A stretch of 12,198 nucleotides of DNA. It comes from Candidatus Heimdallarchaeota archaeon (GTDB taxonomy: Archaea; Asgardarchaeota; Heimdallarchaeia; Hodarchaeales; Hodarchaeaceae). Each line of letters opens with the position of its first letter. The stretch's first letter is position 1. Below the pieces are notes generated by a model, which saw only the letters and a program-made list of their open reading frames with translations, searched no databases and was not told where the DNA came from. This document shows positions 1 through 8,165 of the stretch, piece by piece. The stretch lies in assembly GCA_020353515.1 (NCBI GenBank), contig CP070695.1, positions 2,094,164 through 2,106,361 of the forward strand, read 5' to 3'. Both the position numbers and the translations under genes were made by a program.

Positions 1-6
1 CCAACG

Positions 7-78
7 GTTAAAGTCCAAATACCATGAAAATCACCCTTGTATTGTCATAAATTAATGGATTAATGAATTTGGAATTTT
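7..78. repeat. 72-bp intergenic direct repeat, copy 1 (foldable; imperfect terminal inverted repeats)
   Basis: Ungapped alignment to 4456-4527 (offset 4449) gives 67/72 identity, with the first 25 bp (GTTAAAGTCCAAATACCATGAAAAT) identical. AAAGTCCAAAT (10-20) pairs 10/11 with ATTTGGAATTT (67-77). It may extend left beyond the window. Confidence 0.95.
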
Positions 79-303
79 CTATCTCCCTTCTACTACCCCC
101 ATTGCTTGATACTTTAAAATTAAAAATCCGTCTTATGTTTTCTTTTCCAACCTAGCAAATTAACATTCGCAAAAGGTTATTTTCCCCGTTTTTGTTTTTT
201 TCTAAATACAGTTGAGATCTCACTATTTTACCTCACTAGGTACGGTTTGTGGCAGGATTGAAATTAGTCCTGTATTTTTAAAAACAAGAATTTCTGAATC
301 TCG

Positions 304-2094
304 TCAATTTAATGTTTTTTTACTTAAAACCACTTTTTCTACCCAGTTTTTATATTCAAAATTCAAAGAAAGACGATTTTTATCACTTTTCGCAAGAATT
401 CCTGAAAGATGCAGATTTTCACAGTGATAGGCAACATTCCTTTTTGGTATCTTATGTACGCTAGCTAAATCATTAATAGACCATACTTTAAACTCTAAAA
501 ATGATGATGCAATTTTTATTGCTGTTTCTGAGGTTAAACTGAAATATGTTTTGATGTATGAAGAATTCGGAGGTTTATCGATCAGATGATAGATCAAATA
601 TTGACCAAATCTTATCTCGTTAATAAATCCAAAATCTTCAAGAACTTTGATATGCCATTTGAGGTGAGCTGTCCCAGTTTTTGTTTTACGTAGGAGTTCT
701 CGGAAATGTAAGAAATCATAATCCTCTAATAACCTTAGAATTAATAATCGAGTATGATTTTCTTGAACTTGCGAAATTGATAGACGTCGAATTGTAGGGT
801 CTACTAGAACCTTACCAAACAGAAAGAAAAAAAAGGATAATAACTTGAAAATTGCAGTAGTATCAGAGTGAATTCTCATTTTCCCTTTTATGTCACTAAA
901 AATTTGTTTGAATATGATAACTGATACAAATAATAGTATAAGACTCAAGAATGTAAAAGATAACAAGAGTACAAGTGGTAATAGATTACCTGGAAAATCA
1001 CCTTGCCCAGCAATCTGATTGTAAGTAATAACTTTTAAATAAACTTCCCAATCACCAGTTCGATTCGAAGACCAAACAATATATGCTATTTCATCCGAAA
1101 CACTGTAGCAACGAGGATGACGATTTTTGTACTCTTCTGATGTAAAAGGTTGTGCAGAAGACCAATCATGCCCAAAATTAGAAGAATGGACAATATATAA
1201 ATCCAGTTCTCGTTCATACATCACGTATAAATCTTCAGTATCAATGAAAACAGCTCCCCAGCCACTATTGTCATAAGATGTTACTTGGTTTTTACTCCAA
1301 CTTTGACCATCATCAAGAGAAATCCATATAAAAGTAGCCCATCGATTTCGTAATTCTTGTACAAAAAGATAGATTGCACCAGAATCACTTATATGACTAT
1401 CGTGGATCTCTTCGTGAGTTACTGCATCAGAAATTGGAATAACTTGCTGTTGATCCCAAATTGTACCATTAGTAATAGTTTTTCGATAAGCTATATCCTT
1501 ACTTTCACCGATTAATGTCTCATAAAATACCCAAATGTTGTTTGAAGAATCCACAATTACTCTTGGCCTAAGATCGTTAGTAGATTGATTAGTGAGTTGA
1601 TAGGCTTGACTCCATGTTCGGCCATTGTCAAAAGAATTCTTATACCAAATGTCATAATCGGTATCTCGATTAGATTGCCAAAAAAGCCATAAAGTGCCAT
1701 AATTATCCATCAATCCCTCAGGATTCCAATCATCAGCTAAATCATCAGCTAATTTAAAGGGGGTTACCCAGTTACCATAGATTTCGGAGGTATAGGTTGC
1801 CCAAATGGCACCATTAATTCCTGAGCTATTTCCCCAGATTACCCAAAAACGTCCAAGACGGTCTTTGAAGAGAGAAGGATTGTGATCATCACCATTGTTT
1901 TTAGTAACTTGAATCAGATTTTCCTCAGATTTAGTCAAACGCTTGGATTTCAAAGAGTCCAAATCATACAATGGGGAAAAATTAAGGTTGGAGTGATTAG
2001 TTTGAGCTTGTACCGAATAATAGAAAAGATTAGAACCTGTTAAGAGAAAAATTAAAACAAGATTAACAATTAAAAATATCCTCTTTCCACTCAC
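304..2094 (-). CDS. Membrane-anchored putative sensor/regulator: signal peptide, BNR/Asp-box (sialidase-like) beta-propeller, TM helix, C-terminal tandem winged helix-turn-helix (ArsR-like)
   Basis: GTG start, 596 aa. Basic-hydrophobic N-terminus. Asp-box-like motifs SFDNGRTW, TITNGTIW, SLDDGQSW, SSNFGHDW. Repeated blade motifs (DDHNP/DDWNP/NDLRP/KNRHP; WQSNRDTDYDIWYK vs WSSNRTGDWEVYLK). TM LLPLVLLLSFTFLSLILLFVSVIIF. wHTH 1 ENHTRLLILRLL..LHFRELLRK..TAHLKWHIKVLEDFGFI; wHTH 2 SINDLASVHKIPKRNVAYHCENLHLSGIL. Confidence 0.85.
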   Translation of the reverse strand: MSGKRIFLIVNLVLIFLLTGSNLFYYSVQAQTNHSNLNFSPLYDLDSLKSKRLTKSEENLIQVTKNNGDDHNPSLFKDRLGRFWVIWGNSSGINGAIWATYTSEIYGNWVTPFKLADDLADDWNPEGLMDNYGTLWLFWQSNRDTDYDIWYKNSFDNGRTWSQAYQLTNQSTNDLRPRVIVDSSNNIWVFYETLIGESKDIAYRKTITNGTIWDQQQVIPISDAVTHEEIHDSHISDSGAIYLFVQELRNRWATFIWISLDDGQSWSKNQVTSYDNSGWGAVFIDTEDLYVMYERELDLYIVHSSNFGHDWSSAQPFTSEEYKNRHPRCYSVSDEIAYIVWSSNRTGDWEVYLKVITYNQIAGQGDFPGNLLPLVLLLSFTFLSLILLFVSVIIFKQIFSDIKGKMRIHSDTTAIFKLLSFFFFLFGKVLVDPTIRRLSISQVQENHTRLLILRLLEDYDFLHFRELLRKTKTGTAHLKWHIKVLEDFGFINEIRFGQYLIYHLIDKPPNSSYIKTYFSLTSETAIKIASSFLEFKVWSINDLASVHKIPKRNVAYHCENLHLSGILAKSDKNRLSLNFEYKNWVEKVVLSKKTLN

Positions 2095-2233
2095 AGGTAA
2101 TCATCTATTGTCATCGAGAGTATTTTTAAAAACTCTACCACTTTATCATTATTAATAAGATTTCAATTCTAGGAAGAGTATGAGGTTAATAAGGTATTAT
2201 TCTTTAAAAAATTCAATTATTTTTTCCTCTAGT

Positions 2234-4249
2234 TCATATAGATTTGAATATTTTAGATTTAATTTGAGTTTTTCTTCTTCTGACTGTTAAAACAATGATT
2301 ATTGGAAGAATAATCCAAAAAAATGAATAACCAGGTGTAATTACTGGTTCAGAGGCAGAACTAGAACTGAATATTGAATTAGTTGTCGAATGATCGGAAG
2401 ATAGAGAAATAGGAGTCACTGTTACTGTAGCAGATAGGTCGCTTTCACCCGCAAGGTTAACAGCTGTCACTAAGTAGTAGTAGGTAAGCCCATTGCTTAC
2501 AGTTGTATCAATGAATTCTGGTGAATTGGTTATTGTTAGAAATGTATAGTGTGAGGGGGAAGTTGAACGATAAACTCGATACTCTATGATATCAGCACTA
2601 CCATTGTCACTAGGTGCTTCCCAACTTAAATGTACTTGATTGTCTCCAGCTACAGCTTGAAGATTCCGAGGTGGAGAAGGAACTCTGTCAGAGGTATCTG
2701 TAGTTATTGTTTCGATGCTCTCCCAATTCAGGGCGGTTGGTGCAGGTTGTAGGAGATGTCTGTAGCGAAAATAGTATAAAACAATGTAGGTTGGAGGCCC
2801 ACGCTGAAACGCGATAGAAGGACTAACGCCCAAATCAACCCACTCATCGGAAATAGGTGTAAAGACCTTAACTGTGGTTTCTGTTATCTGAATCGCTAAT
2901 CTTCCTTGTGTAATAACTGGTGAGAGCGCATATTCCAATGGTAAAACTTCTATTCCATAACCGCTGGAGTTAGAATAGTACGCTCGATGAAAAGTTTCAT
3001 GGACTCCATTTGATGAAGCGCCGTCTTCAATTTGTACCCGAAACAAAAATTCAAGACTAGGCCCTAGTATCATAAGATTAAGAAAACCCGAAAAAGAATA
3101 AGGATTTGAAATAGAGGTGGGATCAAAATTGATAGTTGAGTTGATTAACAATTCGTTCCAATTACTTGGTAATTCTCGGTAGATTGCAGCTCTACGATGA
3201 GTAGTATTACTAGCTGGGGGATTCCACCAACCATCATCGGGAATAAAAGTGCCCCCTAGAGCTATCAGACTATTAGTCATTGGAGATTTTGCTGTATTGG
3301 TTTCAAAATCCGTTCCTAGGGCATCTGTCCAATCAGAAATGTCATTACAGTCCTCAAACCAATCAGTTATAATTTCTTTTTCAAAAGAAATAGTCTCTAT
3401 AAAATCCCAGTTTACTGTTGTCGGAGGAGGTTGAAGTAATTGTCTATTTTGAAAATAATACAACACTACATATTTTGGAGTACCTCTTTGAAAAGCCACA
3501 ATGGGACTAATTCCCAAGTCGATCCATTCTTTGGAAATTGGAGTAAAGACCTCCACTGTGGTTTCTTTAATATGAATAGACAATTTACCATTAGTAATAA
3601 CGGGAGAAGCGGCTAGTGTTATGGGAAGAAGCTCAATGGGTTGATCATTAGGATTAAAATACATGGCATGATGATAAGTCTCATGTTTTCCAGATGAAGC
3701 AGCCCCATCGCTAATCTCTAGTTCAAATAATTGTTCATGATTAGAATTAGTCAAAATGAGGTAAAGACCACCCTGAAATGTGTATGGATTCGATATTGAT
3801 GTAGGATCAAAATTGATGGTAGAATTAATTAGTATTTCAGTCCAATTAGTCGGTAATTCTCGGTAGACTGCAGCTCTACGATGAGTAGTATTACTAGCTG
3901 GGGGATTCCACCAATCATTTTCAGGAGTAAAAACTCCTGTAGAGGCAATTAAACTATCAGTTAAATTATGCTGATAACCACGAAAAGCATTGACTTCAAA
4001 ATCTGTCCCACGGGCATCTGTCCAGGCAGAAATGTCATCACAGTCTTCATACCAATCAGAAATTTGTTGGAAGGATGCTTTTTGTGAGACAGTTTTAGTA
4101 CTATAAATAAATGAAACACTTTCAACCTCATTAGCTCGAATAAATCCAGTGGTAATAGCCATGTTAGCGAACGATTCAAACAAAAGTCCAGAAAATAAAA
4201 GGAGTGAAAATAGTAAGAAATAACTTAAGCATTTTTCAATTTTTATCAT
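2234..4249 (-). CDS. Cell-surface (probably glyco)protein: signal peptide, two tandem ~230-aa domains, fibronectin type III domain, Ser/Thr linker, PGY-TM-RRRK anchor
   Basis: 671 aa. FN3 signature PSPPRNLQAVAGDNQVHLSWEAPSDNG..IIEYRVYR..FIDTTVSNGLTYYYLVTAVNLAGES (about 2411-2683). C-terminus TPGYSFFWIILPIIIVLTVRRRK resembles PGF-CTERM-like archaeal sorting signals. Several N-x-S/T sequons. Confidence 0.88.
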   Translation of the reverse strand: MIKIEKCLSYFLLFSLLLFSGLLFESFANMAITTGFIRANEVESVSFIYSTKTVSQKASFQQISDWYEDCDDISAWTDARGTDFEVNAFRGYQHNLTDSLIASTGVFTPENDWWNPPASNTTHRRAAVYRELPTNWTEILINSTINFDPTSISNPYTFQGGLYLILTNSNHEQLFELEISDGAASSGKHETYHHAMYFNPNDQPIELLPITLAASPVITNGKLSIHIKETTVEVFTPISKEWIDLGISPIVAFQRGTPKYVVLYYFQNRQLLQPPPTTVNWDFIETISFEKEIITDWFEDCNDISDWTDALGTDFETNTAKSPMTNSLIALGGTFIPDDGWWNPPASNTTHRRAAIYRELPSNWNELLINSTINFDPTSISNPYSFSGFLNLMILGPSLEFLFRVQIEDGASSNGVHETFHRAYYSNSSGYGIEVLPLEYALSPVITQGRLAIQITETTVKVFTPISDEWVDLGVSPSIAFQRGPPTYIVLYYFRYRHLLQPAPTALNWESIETITTDTSDRVPSPPRNLQAVAGDNQVHLSWEAPSDNGSADIIEYRVYRSTSPSHYTFLTITNSPEFIDTTVSNGLTYYYLVTAVNLAGESDLSATVTVTPISLSSDHSTTNSIFSSSSASEPVITPGYSFFWIILPIIIVLTVRRRKTQIKSKIFKSI
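2700..4063 (-). repeat. Intragenic tandem domain duplication (units about 3383-4063 and 2700-3370; period 684-693 bp)
   Basis: DWYEDCDDISAWTDARGTDFE vs DWFEDCNDISDWTDALGTDFE. WWNPPASNTTHRRAA(V/I)YRELP and INSTINFDPTSISNPY occur in both units. VFTPISKEWIDLGISP vs VFTPISDEWVDLGVSP. Confidence 0.95.
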
Positions 4250-4455
4250 CTTTCTCCCTTTTCTCGTTTTTTTTTAGTTACATAAATTTTTGAATTTTCA
4301 AACAATCATATTATTGAATCAATAAGGTTATATTATTTTAGGCACACTTCTGGCCAATAAAACAAAAAAATTTTGGAATATTCCACAAATACCCAAAAGC
4401 AAACATTTTGACCACAAAGAGCCTTTTTTATATAAAACAATTAACTACTGCGACT

Positions 4456-4527
4456 GTTAAAGTCCAAATACCATGAAAATTACCAATGTATTGTCATAAA
4501 TCAATGAATTAATGAATTTGGAATTTT
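4456..4527. repeat. 72-bp intergenic direct repeat, copy 2
   Basis: 67/72 identical to 7-78 in the same orientation. It supplies the ATG (4512) that the ORF track uses for the downstream broken gene. Its first five bases are the right arm of TTAAC-N10-GTTAA (4441-4460). Confidence 0.95.
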
Positions 4528-5071
4528 TCATAGTTGCTATTAAAGAAACACCCCCCTCTGAACAACCAGGAAAAAAATCATTCGTTCAGAGAATCCGAAA
4601 ATACCTTCGATCACATGTATTAAAAGAACCAAGTAATACTCTAGAAGGGAAAGCATTACAGGTCTATTGGTTTTTGCTGACACATCCTCAGGGAATAGCA
4701 GGTATAAAGGAAATTCAGAAAGAACTCGGATTTGCCTCTCTAGGAACAGCATCGTATCAGATCAGAACAAATTAGTCGCTAACGGTGTTGTATCAAAGAA
4801 CAAGCAGACTGAAAAGTATTATGTGAATGAAGAGGTCAAATCAGGGATTTTGGGATTCTATATCCGAATAGGATATTGCATGATACCATGCTTGATGATT
4901 TATCTGATAATCTTTATTTTAGGACTTTTGGTTTATCTGTGGTTAGCGATCACAAAAGGGGACGAATTCATCACTAATCCAGTAAATTTTTTTTACTTAT
5001 TTTTCTAAATCTTTGGAAGTATAGCTTTTGTTATTGAATCGTATAAAATATGGCGCTTAAAACCTGATTAA
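4512..5071 (+). pseudogene. Disrupted archaeal winged-helix protein with C-terminal TM helices
   Basis: ORFs 4512-4775 and 4667-5008 join if 2 nt (AG, 4764-4765, in ATCAGATCAG) are removed, giving LEGKALQVYWFLLTH..GIKEIQKELGFASLGTASYQI/NKLVANGVVSK..EKYYV, a continuous wHTH. An in-frame TAA at 5006-5008 is followed by IFGSIAFVIESYKIWRLKPD* ending at 5069-5071. The true start is uncertain. Confidence 0.82.
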
Positions 5072-5325
5072 AGTTCTGTAATAGCTCTTGTATCACTTCC
5101 GAGCGGCTCTATTACATAGTCTTCAGGAATTTGAATTGAAAATACCAAATGATCTTTTGAGCAGACTAATAATATTAAACTTTGATTTAGATGCAGTAAC
5201 AAAATCTGTCATTTTTTTGGTATGTTTCTGGTATATGACTTATGCCTGGAATTACCACTAAATGAAACTATTTAACAAACAAAAAGTCAATTTTCTTTAT
5301 TAATTGGCATGTTGAGCTGGTATCA

Positions 5326-7071
5326 ATGAATAATTTTGATGATATTATCGAATCAATCAGACATGAACTCAATAATGTAATTTCAGACCTAAATATCCCT
5401 GGAATAGCATTTACGTTAGTATCAAAGAATGAAATCCTACTACTAGAATGTCTTGGACATCTAGAGATAGAAAAAGTTCATGATGTCAATGCTGATAGTC
5501 TATTTTGTCTACAATCAACAACAAAGACCGTGACCGCTGTAGTTTTCCTCCTAGCTGTACAAAAAGGGCTAGTACAGTTAGATGATCCGGTTATCAAATA
5601 TTATTCTGATTTTTCAGTAAACAGCAGGTATGGTGTTGATCAAAGAAACAAAATTACTTTTAGACACCTTCTTTCTCATACTTCTGGTCTTGCTAGAGAA
5701 TCAAGAGATGGAGGAGTATTTGATCACAAGAAACCAACTTGGAGGGAACATATTCTAGGTATTAACGATTCTTGGCTAAAGTTTCCAGTAGGTACTAGTT
5801 TTTCTTATTCCAATATCGGAATGGACCTTACTACATATATTTTGGAACAGATTTTAGGAAAAACTTACCCCGAACTTATACAGGATCTTCTAGGTGATCC
5901 TTTAGGGATAAAATTTGCTTTTGGCATTGATTTTAGTTCAACTAATAATGTTTCCAGAGGCTACCTTGGAAGTTATCTTGCTGATGAACTTGATACCGCG
6001 TATGGTTGTGGTGGTATATTTATATCAATAAAAGATATGGGAACGTTCATTCAGTTTTTACTAAATAGAGGTAAGTACAATGGTAAAGAAATATTGAAAG
6101 AGGAATATTTTAGTTTACTATTGGAAACAGATAAAGCTGGTGGGTATTCTCTTGGTACCGATGTTAAGAACCAATTTGGTACAGTGTTTTACAGTCATCC
6201 TGGAGGGGGTTTTGGTTATTGCAGTGAATTATTTTGGTCACCTGATCATAATTTCGGATTATCACTACTCTATAACCAAGAATATACTGATCTAACGAAA
6301 ATCAAGAAACTCCTAATGAATTTTATATCTTCTATCCTTGAAAATAAAGGTGTTAACGTTGATGGCACAAAATTCCCTCCTGAAGGAACACTTAAAGTTG
6401 AAGTCGATTCAGGTACCCTAAAAAAATATATTGGGTATTATGTTGGAGCTTTTGTAAACGTTATAGTGAATATTGATGAAAAAGGGTTATATCTTGACTA
6501 TGGTGAGCAAACAGACTATTTAATTCCTCTTAATGAAAAAGTTTTTACAGCTAGTAAACCTGATGGAGTTAATTTTTTGTTAAACGACGATGATGATCCA
6601 ATTGGTATGCATTACTACTCTAAAACCGAAGGCATTGCCTATCTTGATTATAAGGGGAAGATTCCAAAACCTATAGAAGTCAATAAAGAGGTCAGTAGAT
6701 TCGAAGGAATTTATCAAATTGGCCTCTATTATACTGAGGCACTGTACATTGCCGTAAAATATGTTAACAATGCACTTAAGTTAAAAGGATTTACAACTGG
6801 AAATTTGTACCCTCATCCAAATCGAAAAAATGTCTTTTTCACCCATACAGGTGCTGCTGTCGTTTTTGAAAATGATTATCTATTTGTTGACAATGTTCGG
6901 GGTATTAAAATCACTCAACCTGTGGATTATTTTGCTGATTTAGTTGAAAATGATCCTAAACATAAGTTTCTAACAGATTGGATGGTTAATTCTGTTGTTA
7001 GCTTATTAAAATATCTCGAACGAGATGAAGAATCTTATAAAATTAAGGAAATTACAAAAAATTTGAAATGA
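5326..7071 (+). CDS. Serine hydrolase, beta-lactamase class C/AmpC-CubicO peptidase family, with extended C-terminal domains
   Basis: 581 aa. IPG motif, catalytic SxxK (LQSTTK), LLSHTSG, YxN (FSYSN) and HxG (HPGG). No signal peptide evident. About 240-aa C-terminal extension (LKKYIGYY.., RFEGIYQ..) resembling the beta-barrel modules appended in this family. Confidence 0.9.
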   Translation: MNNFDDIIESIRHELNNVISDLNIPGIAFTLVSKNEILLLECLGHLEIEKVHDVNADSLFCLQSTTKTVTAVVFLLAVQKGLVQLDDPVIKYYSDFSVNSRYGVDQRNKITFRHLLSHTSGLARESRDGGVFDHKKPTWREHILGINDSWLKFPVGTSFSYSNIGMDLTTYILEQILGKTYPELIQDLLGDPLGIKFAFGIDFSSTNNVSRGYLGSYLADELDTAYGCGGIFISIKDMGTFIQFLLNRGKYNGKEILKEEYFSLLLETDKAGGYSLGTDVKNQFGTVFYSHPGGGFGYCSELFWSPDHNFGLSLLYNQEYTDLTKIKKLLMNFISSILENKGVNVDGTKFPPEGTLKVEVDSGTLKKYIGYYVGAFVNVIVNIDEKGLYLDYGEQTDYLIPLNEKVFTASKPDGVNFLLNDDDDPIGMHYYSKTEGIAYLDYKGKIPKPIEVNKEVSRFEGIYQIGLYYTEALYIAVKYVNNALKLKGFTTGNLYPHPNRKNVFFTHTGAAVVFENDYLFVDNVRGIKITQPVDYFADLVENDPKHKFLTDWMVNSVVSLLKYLERDEESYKIKEITKNLK

Positions 7072-7145
7072 TGAAGTTACTAGAATATTCACCCATATTT
7101 TTATCATATACTATACTTTAAGTTATCAAATAAATACAGCCCACT

Positions 7146-7979
7146 CTATAGATTCTCTAATGAGAATTCTTCGGCTATGTTCCACATTTCTTGAAATTTC
7201 AATGATAACTCGGTAGCAAATTTATGTTGCCAGACGTAAATAGATGTAAAGTATTCTGCTAGGTTTGCTGGATTTTTTATCTTTATGATAACTTTTTCGC
7301 CGTCCATTATCACAAAGGGGTTGGTTATCGTTTCTGTAAACTTAACGGGCATTTCATCAAAATCAAGCCGATCTAGGAATGGGAACACCAATTCTAACAT
7401 TTCTTGCATTGTTTCAACCATATTTTTTGTACCTAATAGCATTTGTATTTTCACTCCTCTTTCCTGTAAATCGGCAAATATTTCTGCTTCTTCTTGGATT
7501 TCTTGAGCATGAATTTGTGGTTGAGTTTCGAAAAACTCTCCATAATAGAGAATTTCTTTCTGAGCTTCTTTTAATCGAGTATTCCATCTATCGATTGCTT
7601 CCTTCCCAATACCAATTTTCCAAAAGAGGCTTTCACGAGGAGTTGTTCGATGATACCTTTTAAGCTCATCTTCAATGACTAAGGCATTTTCTGTAAGGGT
7701 TTCAAGTTCCTCTTTCTTCCTTTCCAATAATTTTTTCATTGCGATACTGGGATCAACGGGCGAATAAAGCTTGGGTCGAGAATATTTCTGAATATCGATT
7801 AATCCCTTGTTTTCTAACAGATCTGTCACATCGTAGATTCGACCCATAGGTACTTTCGATTTGTCCGAGAGTTCCTTTGCATCACACGCTCCTCGATGGA
7901 GTAACGTCTTATACGCTGTAAATTCATAGTTTGTTAACCCATATCTCTCTAATATATTCTCATTTTCAACGGAAGTCAT
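7146..7979 (-). CDS. TrmB-family transcriptional regulator
   Basis: N-terminal LERYGLTNYEFTAYKTLL..AKELSDKSKVPMGRIYDVTDLLENKGLI..RPKLYSPVDP is the TrmB wHTH. It is followed by a coiled coil and a PLD-like effector domain (FVIMDGEKVII). The second Met (7979) is the more plausible start; the longest ORF starts at 8015. Confidence 0.9.
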   Translation of the reverse strand: MTSVENENILERYGLTNYEFTAYKTLLHRGACDAKELSDKSKVPMGRIYDVTDLLENKGLIDIQKYSRPKLYSPVDPSIAMKKLLERKKEELETLTENALVIEDELKRYHRTTPRESLFWKIGIGKEAIDRWNTRLKEAQKEILYYGEFFETQPQIHAQEIQEEAEIFADLQERGVKIQMLLGTKNMVETMQEMLELVFPFLDRLDFDEMPVKFTETITNPFVIMDGEKVIIKIKNPANLAEYFTSIYVWQHKFATELSLKFQEMWNIAEEFSLENL

Positions 7980-8039
7980 TTTGAGCACCAAATAAACTGG
8001 AATTAGTTTTTTCATTACTGAAAACTATAATAAGTAATT

Positions 8040-8071
8040 AAACTTTACACTAGTTGAAAGTTTTAAACTTT
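8040..8071. promoter_or_regulatory. Palindromic candidate operator in the divergent TrmB/membrane-gene intergenic region
   Basis: AAACTTT-AC-ACTAGT-TG-AAAGTTT (8040-8063, 20 of 24 positions symmetric) overlaps AAAGTTT-T-AAACTTT (8057-8071). Function is inferred from position only. Confidence 0.45.
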
Positions 8072-8165
8072 TTGTTATTCGATAAACCCGATTAAAGAAT
8101 TGATTAAAAATGGAAAAAAGTTTTAGAGACTTCAATGGATTCTAAATTAACGGAATGGATTTTAA

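Noticed and set aside
252-273. Hairpin GCAGGATT-GAAATT-AGTCCTGT as a terminator
   Set aside because: The T-tract is on the plus strand while the adjacent gene ends on the minus strand, and the stem is short.
3168-3914. Near-identical tract as a diversity-generating retroelement TR/VR pair
   Set aside because: There is only one mismatch, both copies are in-frame parts of a larger domain duplication, and no reverse transcriptase is in the window.
7-4527. 72-bp repeats as integron attC sites or CRISPR repeats
   Set aside because: GTT lies at the 5' end rather than closing the site, there is no paired RYYYAAC...GTTRRRY, no integrase is present and gene orientations in the window are mixed. Two copies 4.4 kb apart are not a CRISPR array.
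4457-4531. Minus-strand mini-ORF MKNSKFINSLIYDNTLVIFMVFGL* in repeat copy 2
   Set aside because: Copy 1 keeps the frame and stop but has no ATG. The differences are two synonymous and two non-conservative codons (P/S, R/L), which is too little to support coding.
4756-4775. Programmed frameshift in the wHTH-TM gene
   Set aside because: There is no slippery heptamer at the junction, and a second independent lesion (TAA 5006-5008) points to decay.
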